Origin: Spirochaetota bacterium
GTDB taxonomy: Bacteria; Spirochaetota; GWE2-31-10; MWDO01
NCBI GenBank assembly: GCA_031549085.1
Contig: JAVBQL010000020.1
Location: 1,163 to 65,162, forward strand
Reading direction: 5' to 3'
Length of the DNA stretch: 64,000 nucleotides
Each line of letters starts with the position of its first letter. Positions within the stretch are counted from its first letter, which is position 1. Below, piece after piece: positions 28,733-37,316 of this stretch. The position numbers were made by a program, and so were the translations under genes. The notes under the pieces were generated by a model. That model was not told where the DNA came from, did no database searches, and saw nothing but the letters and a program-made list of their open reading frames with translations.

Positions 28733-29033
28733 CTCAAGTGCTCCTTGTATTATAAAAATAAAACAAGTCCATAAAAGCACAGTGGAACCCCTGTTGGAGC
28801 ATTACCAAATTATCCAGAAGCAATATAGAAACAAGGTAAGCTCCGTTAAAGATGCGCAGTTACGGACTTGTTTGTAATAAAAACACACTTAAGATTACAG
28901 GCATGTTTTGAATGCGAGTAAAGGTTTTTTTATCTGCTTCTGGAATAATAGTTATTAAAGCCTATTTAATGGATTCCACTCTGTTAAATATGACTTATTG
29001 ACCATTATACTCTATAATGAGTTTAATGGTCAA
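28733..29033 (-). promoter_or_regulatory. Promoter plus ~260-nt highly structured 5' leader of the small acidic-protein gene
   Basis: On the minus strand: TTGACC (29033-28), N18, TATAAT (29009-04). There are three long-range pairings: 28967-76 with 28787-96, CCAGAAGCA/TGCTTCTGG, and 28761-74 with 28860-73 (the last has a G.U pair only on the minus strand). Confidence 0.4.
28761..28873 (-). repeat. CCATAAA-type long-range inverted repeat, copy d
   Basis: AAACAAGTCCATAA (28761-74) / TTACGGACTTGTTT (28860-73). The A/C position becomes G.U on the minus strand. Confidence 0.6.
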
Positions 29034-29391
29034 TAAATTTTATAAAAAAAGAAATATATTTAAATTAAATATAAAAATTAAAAAAATAAATATCTTTATA
29101 AAGTATATCATGAATATGAGATAAATATATAATATTGTATTAATTTATTTAACATTATGCTAGATAATTATTATACTATAATATTAATAGGTCTTTCAGT
29201 AAAAAACACATCTAATCGTAATGCAATTTAGCATGTTTTTATATTATAATCAATTTAAGAGATAGAACAAATACTATTTTTTGTATAATTCTCACTTTTT
29301 TAAATAAAAGTAGACTAATAGTCCTTGCTCCTTTTTATTGCTGTTATTATATTTATAATAGCAATAAAAACCTTGGGGGAGGAATAGAGAT

Positions 29392-29550
29392 ATGAAAATG
29401 CAAAAAGAATGTAAGGAAAATAGTAGAAAAGAAAAAATATTTTTTTACACACAAAAAGAGAGTTTTGAAATTGCGATGAAAAGCAATTTTTCTCCTTTAG
29501 ATAGTGTTGGAGAATTTATGGTAAAACTTAATTTAATAGTACCTAATTAA
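29392..29550 (+). CDS. Candidate 52-aa ORF (MKMQKECKENSRKEKIFFYTQKESFEIAMKSNFSPLDSVGEFMVKLNLIVPN)
   Basis: Below the track cutoff. A strong SD (GGGGGAGGA) lies about 9 nt upstream of the ATG, and the frame is open to TAA at 29548-29550. Confidence 0.4.
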   Translation: MKMQKECKENSRKEKIFFYTQKESFEIAMKSNFSPLDSVGEFMVKLNLIVPN

Positions 29551-29588
29551 TATCTCTAAAGAGCAGCCTGCCTAACCCTAATCATAAA

Positions 29589-30569
29589 CTACTTTTTATA
29601 CTTTGCAAAAAAAGCAAGATCTCTATTTAATGCCTCATACCAATTTTGGCTAATGTTGTGATCCGCCCCCTTATATATATAATAGTTAAATATTATCTTA
29701 TTTGTGCGTTTTTCATTCTCTTTTTTTATAGCTGCTTCAAAGTCATTTGACCAAGATAGTGGCACAGCATCATCCTTTGTCCCCTGATGAAGCTGTATAG
29801 CTGCCCCATCAGCCATAAGATTTAAATTATCTATAATAGAAAAATCTTTTACTTTATATTGTTTTTCAAAAACACTACTTATCCACTCTCTAAGCCTATC
29901 CCCTTGCTCTGTTCCTGCTTTGGCATAGTGGGTCATTGAATATGGCCATGGCTTACTAACTGGTTCCCAAAGGGTCATAGGAATAGCAACTCCCAAGATC
30001 TCGCTTGCTGTTATTGCAACCTGACCGCCATTGCTATGTCCCCACATAAAAAAGCTCTTTGGATACTCTATAGCTGTCTTATTGACTCTATTGCTAACCC
30101 CCTTCTCATCAAGGCTCTTATATAGCTCAACTGCACTGATTGGCATTATATAGCGTGAAAATGGTGAGTCTCCCAATCCATCATCATCAGAGCCACCATA
30201 CCCAAAAAAATCAATAGAGATTGCCATATAACCATTAGAAGCATAATATTTCATAGTATTTTGTGATCCAAGACCTATATAGTAACCTTTCTTTGGAGAA
30301 TAGCCCCTAAAGCATAAAATGACACCAATTGGCTTTTTTTTAGGATATACAATCAAGCCGCTCATTTTTTTACCCATCGTGGTAAAAGAGTGAGTAAAGA
30401 CGAAATAGTCTCTCTTTTCTTCTCTTAAACTATCAATATTTATTTCATTTGCAGTAAATTGATAATTATCTCTTAAATTAACAATTGAGAGCCTGTCATA
30501 TTGAAGCTCCTCTGAATGTATGAACACTATAGTTGTAACAAAAAACACCAAGAAATTCCATTTTCTCAT
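29589..30569 (-). CDS. Secreted alpha/beta-hydrolase (S9/dienelactone-hydrolase-like serine hydrolase)
   Basis: Signal peptide, nucleophile elbow GHSNGG (G-x-S-x-G), a late DDAVP and GADHNI consistent with an Asp/His triad. SD TAGGAG. Confidence 0.75.
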   Translation of the reverse strand: MRKWNFLVFFVTTIVFIHSEELQYDRLSIVNLRDNYQFTANEINIDSLREEKRDYFVFTHSFTTMGKKMSGLIVYPKKKPIGVILCFRGYSPKKGYYIGLGSQNTMKYYASNGYMAISIDFFGYGGSDDDGLGDSPFSRYIMPISAVELYKSLDEKGVSNRVNKTAIEYPKSFFMWGHSNGGQVAITASEILGVAIPMTLWEPVSKPWPYSMTHYAKAGTEQGDRLREWISSVFEKQYKVKDFSIIDNLNLMADGAAIQLHQGTKDDAVPLSWSNDFEAAIKKENEKRTNKIIFNYYIYKGADHNISQNWYEALNRDLAFFAKYKK

Positions 30570-31069
30570 AATTATTCTCCTAAAAGATCACATAATATAA
30601 ATTATATGAGATTAAAAGAAATAGTCAAGAGAATATAGTCTAGTAAAAATTCTACTTTATAGATCTATAAGCAAAACCTCTTTAATATTCAACAAAATGT
30701 TTCTAAACAATAGAGCATTTAAATAGAAAAAATATCGATAAGAAAAAACAGCTCATTTATAATATTTAATAAATTGAGCTGCTTTTATCTTATTCATAAG
30801 TGATCTAAGAAATATTATATTGTTTTATAAAAACAAAGTCAACTATTTTTATGAAAAAACAAGAAAAATGTAGATTTTAATAATCTTTTTATTTAATAAT
30901 AAAAACAGTTTTTAATATAAGTTAACAAAAAAAATATTTTATATTAAAAATTAATATTATGTTAGATAATTTATTCTGAAATAGTGAAGAATTATGAGCG
31001 ATCTGTATAATAATTTGAATATATTTGAGCAATCTTGAAAAATATAGTCAATTTTTGGCTCTTTTAAAA

Positions 31070-31179
31070 TTCAAAAAAAGTAGAGAAGAATAAATGGGGA
31101 ACTCTTCTCTACTTTTGATAAAAACCATGTTCAATAAAAAAACATACTGTTTTATATTTTTTTATTAGATAAATGTCAA
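31070..31179 (-). ncRNA. Candidate ~75-nt small RNA (promoter + terminator pair, no ORF)
   Basis: On the minus strand: TTGACA (31179-74), N17, TATAAA (31156-51). A 12-bp perfect hairpin, AAAGTAGAGAAG/CTTCTCTACTTT (31077-88/31104-15), is followed by T7 on the minus strand. Confidence 0.3.
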
Positions 31180-31370
31180 TATTTTAATCATATTAAAATA
31201 AAAAAATATTATATCTATTTTAGTCTTTGTTAATAGCACTATTAAAAATTATTCAATAGATATATTGTTGCTATACTTTGCAAAAAAATAAATTAATTTC
31301 AAAATTATTAGAAAATATAGTAAATTATATGTGAAAGAATACTGGCTATACTATTTTTAAGGAAGATAAA

Positions 31371-32201
31371 ATGGATGAGAAAAATAAGAGTGAGACAAAT
31401 GACAAAGAGGTTAGCGATAACATTATAACTAATAATTATGATGCTATCGGTGATTTTAAATATGGACTGGCTAAAGTAGTAAAGAATAATCTTTGGGGCA
31501 TAATTGATAAAGATCATAATGAGATAATTAAGCCCAAATATAACCATATAAACGATTTTAAATATGGTCTTGCATGGGCAGAGCTTGATCATAAGTGGGG
31601 CTTGGTTTCAAATGATGGAAGAGAGCTAGTTCATCCGAAATATGATGATGCAAGTGATTTTTATAGTGAGATGGCATTTATCAAAATTAATAATAAGTGG
31701 GGAACAATCTCGACATCTGGACATGAGATGGCCCCTCCAAAATATGATTGGATAGGGACTCCAAAAAATGGGTATACTTTGGTAAAAATTGATGAAAAAG
31801 ATGGACCAAAATATGGCTATATAAACAGTGCTGGAGTTGAGACAATAGAGCCTCAATATGATTTTGCAGAATCATTTAATAGAGAAATAGCGCTTGTATC
31901 AGCTAATGATAAGTTTTTTTATATTGATAAAAATAATAGGCACATAACAAACCACTATGACTCTATAGAGCCCTTTCAAGATGGGGTTGCAAGAGTCGTT
32001 TTAAATAGAAAATGCGGCTTTATTAATGAGTATGGAAAAGAGATTGTCCCTCCTAAATATGACTCTATTAGTGAGTTTAAAGATAGGCTTGCTTGGGGTA
32101 AAATTGGCAATGAGTTTGTAGAACTAAAGAGAGAGAGAGATAGCAATTACGAGGTCATTATAACCGAACAAAAGACCGTAAATAGTATTGAAGAAAAATA
32201 G
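31371..32201 (+). CDS. WG-repeat protein
   Basis: 276 aa with units such as LWGIIDKDHNEIIKPKYNHINDFKYGLAWA and KWGLVSNDGRELVHPKYDDASDFYSEMAFI. Confidence 0.85.
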   Translation: MDEKNKSETNDKEVSDNIITNNYDAIGDFKYGLAKVVKNNLWGIIDKDHNEIIKPKYNHINDFKYGLAWAELDHKWGLVSNDGRELVHPKYDDASDFYSEMAFIKINNKWGTISTSGHEMAPPKYDWIGTPKNGYTLVKIDEKDGPKYGYINSAGVETIEPQYDFAESFNREIALVSANDKFFYIDKNNRHITNHYDSIEPFQDGVARVVLNRKCGFINEYGKEIVPPKYDSISEFKDRLAWGKIGNEFVELKRERDSNYEVIITEQKTVNSIEEK

Positions 32202-32403
32202 TATTATACTCACATAATAACCACTCTATATAACAAACACACTATTTAAACTAAACAAAAAAAAATATATAAAAAAAAACAATATAAATTATTAATATTG
32301 ACTATTATGTCTAATAGTATTATTCTATAATAATTAGTATTATTAGATAATAAAAGAGGCACAATTTTTATATTAAGCAGTATTAATATCTGATTAAATT
32401 AAA

Positions 32404-32416
32404 TAATTTCGTTTTT
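32404..32416 (+). repeat. ATTTCGTTTTT motif copy 1 (upstream of S24 repressor)
   Basis: TAATTTCGTTTTTG. Other copies are at 36219-36232 (+), 38751-38763 (+) and 38711-38724 (inverted). Confidence 0.5.
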
Positions 32417-32528
32417 GATTGTATATTAATCTGTTTTTGTTCACCTCTTTATTATTATAGTAATGTATTCTTCGTTGGATATTATACATGTTATAATATA
32501 TTATTATTTTATTAAAAAAGGTGGTTTT

Positions 32529-33170
32529 ATGATGGACAACATTGGGACAAGACTCACTACATTAAGAGAGTCTTTAAAAGAGACTAAAGCTTCATTTGCA
32601 GCGAGTATAAAGATATCACCGCAAAGATTACATAATTATGAAACTGGAAAGAGAAATATTCCTCAAGATATCCTTGATCGTTTAAAAAAAATGTATAGAG
32701 TAAATCTTGAGTGGCTTCTATATGGCATTGATGACATGTTTATCGCAGAGGGAAAGCTACAATACCCCCTTTTGGAACAGAAAGTATCTGCAGGAATGCA
32801 GGCTGTTATTTTTGATGATATTTTAGATAAGCCTTCTCGCTATCTATCTGTTTCACGTGATATACTTGGAAGACATGCTAATGAAAAAGCATTTTTTATG
32901 ATCGTTGTTGGAAACAGTATGGAACCTAAGATCAAAAATGGAGATCTAATTGCATCAGTTAGAATAAGCCATCCTGAAATGATCAATGATACATATGTAA
33001 TCAGATATAATGGAATTATGATGGTAAAAAATATTCAGTGGCTCTCCCCTACAGAGATAATAATCATAAGTGAAAATAAAATTTATGAGCCTATAAGAAT
33101 AAGGCTTAATGAAAACCAGACAGACTTTGCCATTTTAGGGAAAGTGATATTCCATGGAGAGTTTTACTAA
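32529..33170 (+). CDS. XRE-HTH / peptidase S24 (CI/LexA-like) repressor, second copy in window
   Basis: Start moved to ATG 32529 (AAGGTGG 4 nt upstream). HTH: LTTLRESLKETKASFAASIKISPQRLHNYETGKR. S24 motifs: GNSMEPKI and MMVKNI. Confidence 0.85.
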   Translation: MMDNIGTRLTTLRESLKETKASFAASIKISPQRLHNYETGKRNIPQDILDRLKKMYRVNLEWLLYGIDDMFIAEGKLQYPLLEQKVSAGMQAVIFDDILDKPSRYLSVSRDILGRHANEKAFFMIVVGNSMEPKIKNGDLIASVRISHPEMINDTYVIRYNGIMMVKNIQWLSPTEIIIISENKIYEPIRIRLNENQTDFAILGKVIFHGEFY

Positions 33171-33185
33171 AACTATTATAGACAC

Positions 33186-33527
33186 TTAGGCATCAACAGA
33201 AAATATCTTCTCACCCTTCTCATTGATAAAAACATATCCAGAAAGCTTTGATACAACAAGCTTTCTGATTTTGTAGTTATCTTTATTTTTTAGAAACTCA
33301 TCATAAAACTTAGAGATAAACTCTCTAAATGTCCCCTCAACCTCTACCTTTAAAAGCAAAATATTATTTCCAGAATCATCCTCATTATCACTATTTTTTT
33401 TATTAAAAAAAGAGAGAACATCTGATGCAAATTGGCTGCTATTATTAGCATCTTGAAGAAGATAGTTTATAATAATATCTATTTTTCTCTTTGGTTTTCT
33501 TCTGTTGTATAATTTTGTCTCTGACAT
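33186..33527 (-). CDS. Hypothetical 113-aa protein
   Basis: ATG with AAGGAG 5 nt upstream. Basic N-terminus (RRKPKRK). No recognisable motif. Confidence 0.6.
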   Translation of the reverse strand: MSETKLYNRRKPKRKIDIIINYLLQDANNSSQFASDVLSFFNKKNSDNEDDSGNNILLLKVEVEGTFREFISKFYDEFLKNKDNYKIRKLVVSKLSGYVFINEKGEKIFSVDA

Positions 33528-33967
33528 ATTTTCTCCTTCTATTTTTAAACTAAAAAAAATAAAGACCCTATTAAACAGAGAACATTATAACATTACTAAA
33601 AAAATTGGTCTATTCTTATCTGACAATAATTTCAAATAATTATTTATAAACAGGTATTTATAAATCATAGAAAGAAAAAAATAAATTTAGTTTATGTAAA
33701 ATTTGTGTAACACTATATAATAAATTATTATTATACTTAATTAAAAATAATTTTAGCGATATTCTAGTAGATAAGAATATTTATTATTTCTGATCTATAA
33801 AACACTCTATAGATCTACTTTTCAAAGCAAACATAACAAAAAATTCAACTAAAATAGAATAAAAAAATATATTTTTATCTTATAAAATATTCATTAAAAT
33901 TGTAAAATATATTATGTTACTGTATATTTTTATCTATTTATTTTATCTTTTCTTCGGGAGGTTAATT

Positions 33968-34498
33968 ATGTCTATGTATGACGAAATCCACAAGTTTAGC
34001 GGCGACTTGATGAAAGTTAAGCTATATTGCAAGTGGGGTCTAATAACAAAGGATAATAGAGAAGTCCTTGAACCAAAATATGACTCCATTAGTTATTTCA
34101 ACGATGATGGCTTTGCAGAGATTAAACTTGATGGCAGAACAGGCCGTATTAATATGAAAGGCATTGTATGTATTCAACCTAAATATGATACAATTGATAT
34201 GGGCTATTCTGACATCCTCTATAAAGTCAGGGTCAACAACCGATGGGGGTTGATAGAAGCAAACTATTGCACTGAAGTTATTCCGCCTCAGTATGATGAA
34301 CTTTTGAAACCTTATAGTGGTCTTATCCCTGTAAAGTTTAACAAGAAGTGGGGATTTATAGATATCGATGATAAGGAGATCATTAGATTTAAGTACGACG
34401 AAATCATATTTGATGATGACTTCGTTATGGGAAGAGTAGGTGATAGCTACCAGCTTATCAATCTTGACTTGCAAAATTGCGCAAAAATATCTTTATAG
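33968..34498 (+). CDS. WG-repeat protein (inside the plasmid-like island)
   Basis: Start moved to ATG 33968 (GGGAGG 6 nt upstream). Units include KWGLITKDNREVLEPKYDSISYFNDDGFAE and RWGLIEANYCTEVIPPQYDELLKPYSGLIPV. Confidence 0.8.
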   Translation: MSMYDEIHKFSGDLMKVKLYCKWGLITKDNREVLEPKYDSISYFNDDGFAEIKLDGRTGRINMKGIVCIQPKYDTIDMGYSDILYKVRVNNRWGLIEANYCTEVIPPQYDELLKPYSGLIPVKFNKKWGFIDIDDKEIIRFKYDEIIFDDDFVMGRVGDSYQLINLDLQNCAKISL

Positions 34499-34519
34499 TA
34501 AAAAAAATAAAATAAATAG

Positions 34520-34552
34520 AGTCCCTAAACTTGTAAGGGGGGGGACTTTTTA
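34520..34552 (+). terminator. Terminator-like hairpin after 33968..34498
   Basis: AGTCCC...GGGACT stem, followed by TTTTT. Confidence 0.45.
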
Positions 34553-34657
34553 AGGAAATATTCCAATTTTATAAAATTAACTATATTCTAAAAAAAATAA
34601 TTTTCAAAAACTGCCAGCATATAATATATCTAATTAAAAACAAAACATTATAATAAT

Positions 34658-35587
34658 CTAGCCTATCATAGCAAGAAAATGGCTTATTAGGGCTGCCTCC
34701 GTTACTGTTTCAAGTAAATTTTTATCATCGTATACTTTTTTATCTGCCATTAGCTTTTCTGTGATTTCAGTTCTAAGTTTTGAAATATCATTAAGAGAAC
34801 TATCTTTAATCATCTTTTTAGCTATTGCAACCTTTTCTGCAGAAGAGAGAGAGGGTCTATTCTGTTTTTCTGACTTATATGTGTCATAGAGTGGATCTAT
34901 CCACTCATCCATTATAGACATATAGAGATATGTTGCTTTTGATCGTATCTTTTTTGGATGATTTTTTAGTAAAAATCTTATCTGCTCTATCTTCTCTTGG
35001 ATGAAAAATAGATCTCTTTTATTAATTATTTTATCTATTTGGCTATTTGATATTCCAAACTCCTTCAAGGTTTTTAAAATTATCGACTTAGCCTCTTCGT
35101 CTTCTGTTTTATTTTTCTCTGTTTTAAGATCTTGTATAGCTACCTCATTTTGTTTGGTTGGAGTTTTTGTTTTTTGATTTTCCATTTGTGATTTTGAGCA
35201 AATGGAACTATTATTTTTGTTTAAGGTCTCTAAATCCTCTTTTTCAGAACTACTGGAGCTATTTTGGCTGCAACTATTGATGATCTCATTCATAAAATCA
35301 TCATCAACAAAAGTATACCATATCGTTCTATCATACTTTATTTTATTGTGATTATCTTTTATGAGTATATTACTATCTACTAGATCTTGGATAGTTTTTC
35401 TGATCTTTGTTATATTAATAAACGGAAATTTTTCTTTTAAACTATCAATTGTCTGGTATGTCCAATACTTGTCATTAACAAAGTTTTTATTATTTTTTTT
35501 ATTTATATTTATCCAAAATGCAAAGTTCTGCAGAATTATAGCACTGGTAATGCCAAATTTCAGCATCAGATTATCATTGATATACAT
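34658..35587 (-). CDS. Putative replication-initiator/DnaD-like winged-helix protein (weak call)
   Basis: 309 aa, AAAGGAG 9 nt upstream. The N-terminal ~100 aa (LKFGITSAIILQNFAFWI...WTYQTIDSLKEKFPFINITKIRKTIQDLVDSNILIK) resemble the wHTH of phage/plasmid replication organisers. The context is next to parA. Confidence 0.4.
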   Translation of the reverse strand: MYINDNLMLKFGITSAIILQNFAFWININKKNNKNFVNDKYWTYQTIDSLKEKFPFINITKIRKTIQDLVDSNILIKDNHNKIKYDRTIWYTFVDDDFMNEIINSCSQNSSSSSEKEDLETLNKNNSSICSKSQMENQKTKTPTKQNEVAIQDLKTEKNKTEDEEAKSIILKTLKEFGISNSQIDKIINKRDLFFIQEKIEQIRFLLKNHPKKIRSKATYLYMSIMDEWIDPLYDTYKSEKQNRPSLSSAEKVAIAKKMIKDSSLNDISKLRTEITEKLMADKKVYDDKNLLETVTEAALISHFLAMIG

Positions 35588-35809
35588 GAAAGAGGTCTCC
35601 TTTTATATTTTTTAAAATTCTAATTAGACAAAACAATATACACTCAAATCATATTAAAAAATTTGAGAGGTTTAATTTTAAAGCTGATTTATCTTTTGCC
35701 TTTAAGATCTCATCAATTATTTAAGTAGATCTTACGCATAGATATATAAATACAGCTTTTTTAGAGATAAAATAAAAATTATTTTTTATGAAAAAATAAA
35801 ATATTTTTT

Positions 35810-35943
35810 TTGACTTGACAAAACCAGATAAATATAATAGATTTGAAACAACTAAATTTCTAATTTCATATTATATGTATCAGCCTTTTATTCTTATAGA
35901 TTGCCGTCTTTAAGTATAAGGGCTGGTTTTTTTGTCGAATCTA
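35810..35943 (+). ncRNA. Candidate ~100-nt small RNA or attenuated leader in the rep-parA divergent region
   Basis: TTGACT (35810-15), N17, TATAAT (35833-38). Hairpin CAGCCTTT.../...AAGGGCTG (35881-35935) is followed by G+T7. Confidence 0.3.
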
Positions 35944-35962
35944 TTTTTTGCCTCCTTTATTG

Positions 35963-35980
35963 TGTGCAACCGGTTGCACA
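35963..35980. promoter_or_regulatory. 18-bp perfect GC-rich palindrome TGTGCAACCGGTTGCACA (copy 1, upstream of parA)
   Basis: Read directly from the sequence. It lies in the divergent rep-like/parA intergenic region. Confidence 0.6.
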
Positions 35981-36352
35981 TTTAATTTTATTTATTTTTA
36001 CCACCATTATGGGTATTTTTTACTTCTCATCAAAACACTCTTTTCTCTGCTTCATTTATTACTCTCTTTTGCTTCTCCCATCCAAGATCGATATATGCTC
36101 AACTTGCTAAATTACAAAATATTATAGGTTATTAAAAGACAAAAGTCAATTTAAAATTCCCGAAATTTAAAAAAAACGATCTTTTCGGGATCTTCTCTTT
36201 GATTATTAATTATCGAGATTAATTTCGTTTTTTTAACATTAATTTGCTTTTTTTTTTTATATTTCTATGATATATTATAACTTGATTTTCATCAAAAATA
36301 AAGAGTTAATTTAGAAATTTGCTTTTCTAGATTAAATGTTAAGAGGTTCTTT

Positions 36353-37288
36353 ATGCAATTGATATCAGTAAAAGAGGCTGTTAGTTTAATTAAGGTACCA
36401 GATAGTACATTGAGAGACTGGATTGATAATGGAACTCTTGAAAAATATAAAGATGAGAAGGGTTTTATCTGCCTTGATAAGAGACAAGTCTTAAGATTGA
36501 TGCCTACGGTTATAGCTTTTTATAACTATAAAGGGGGTGTCTCAAAAACCAGCATGAGTATATTGATGGGGGATTACTACGAGAAGCGTAAAGAAAAAAT
36601 ATTATTAATTGATCTAGATCCTCAATCCAATTTGACCAAAAGCTTTTTTTCAGATGATGATATCCATGATGGTGTCAATCATGAGTACCGGAATACACTA
36701 TATGATTTCTTTAATGATAAAAAATCCCTCTCAAAAATTGTTATGCACTATAATGATTATATTGATGTTTTACCATCTAAACTGGAGTTAATGGAAAAAT
36801 CGACTATTAATGATTTTGATCTATTAGATTATAAAATAGAGTTTAGCAATTTCTTTAAAAAATACTCAATCGTTATAATAGATTGTCCTCCTGCACTTAA
36901 TGCATTTACATCTACAGGCCTTCTACTAGCAAATTATGTGTATATTCCATTTGTTCCAGAGCCATTTGCATATGATGGATTGGTTTCTATGTTAAAAACT
37001 ATGCAAAAAATAACTCCATACAATAAAGATTTTATTGATTATAGAATTGTCTATTCAAAAGTTAAGGGACAAAAAACAATTATTCATGAAAACTATATTA
37101 ATCATGTAAACACTCAAATGAGTGGCAAAATTATAGATAACCATAAGATCCCAGATTTTATAGGCATTGTTGAGAGGGGAGCGTCAAAACAAAATATCTT
37201 TGATATGTATCCAGGAGATACACCTGCACAGAAAATAACAGAGTTGTTTGATGAACTTGATAAAATTATGTTTGAAGAAAGAACTTAG
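36353..37288 (+). CDS. parA: ParA/Soj-family partition ATPase with N-terminal MerR/excisionase-type HTH
   Basis: HTH: ISVKEAVSLIKVPDSTLRDWIDNG. Deviant Walker A: FYNYKGGVSKTS. Also LLIDLDPQSNL and Walker B VIIDCPPAL. SD AAGAGG. Confidence 0.85.
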   Translation: MQLISVKEAVSLIKVPDSTLRDWIDNGTLEKYKDEKGFICLDKRQVLRLMPTVIAFYNYKGGVSKTSMSILMGDYYEKRKEKILLIDLDPQSNLTKSFFSDDDIHDGVNHEYRNTLYDFFNDKKSLSKIVMHYNDYIDVLPSKLELMEKSTINDFDLLDYKIEFSNFFKKYSIVIIDCPPALNAFTSTGLLLANYVYIPFVPEPFAYDGLVSMLKTMQKITPYNKDFIDYRIVYSKVKGQKTIIHENYINHVNTQMSGKIIDNHKIPDFIGIVERGASKQNIFDMYPGDTPAQKITELFDELDKIMFEERT

Positions 37289-37290
37289 TT

Positions 37291-37307
37291 TGTGCAACCG
37301 GTTGCAC
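37291..37307. promoter_or_regulatory. Palindrome TGTGCAACCGGTTGCAC (copy 2, immediately downstream of parA)
   Basis: The same 16-bp core, GTGCAACCGGTTGCAC, starts 3 nt after the parA stop. Confidence 0.6.
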
Positions 37308-37316
37308 TCTTGAGAG

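Noticed and set aside
31308-31592. 94-aa minus-strand ORF overlapping the start of WG gene 31371..32201.
   Set aside because: Its hydrophobic, low-complexity translation is antisense to a well-supported gene. There is no SD, and the nearby minus-strand terminator at 31077-31115 is better explained by the sRNA candidate.
35901-36110. 69-aa TTG-initiated ORF spanning palindrome copy 1.
   Set aside because: It has no SD, begins inside a terminator-like hairpin and runs through the GC-rich palindrome. Its translation is low-complexity and hydrophobic.
35963-37307. The GTGCAACCGGTTGCAC palindromes as simple transcription terminators.
   Set aside because: Neither copy has a following T-run on either strand. 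Copy 1 sits in a divergent promoter region where nothing needs terminating. The identical sequence at both sites points to protein recognition.
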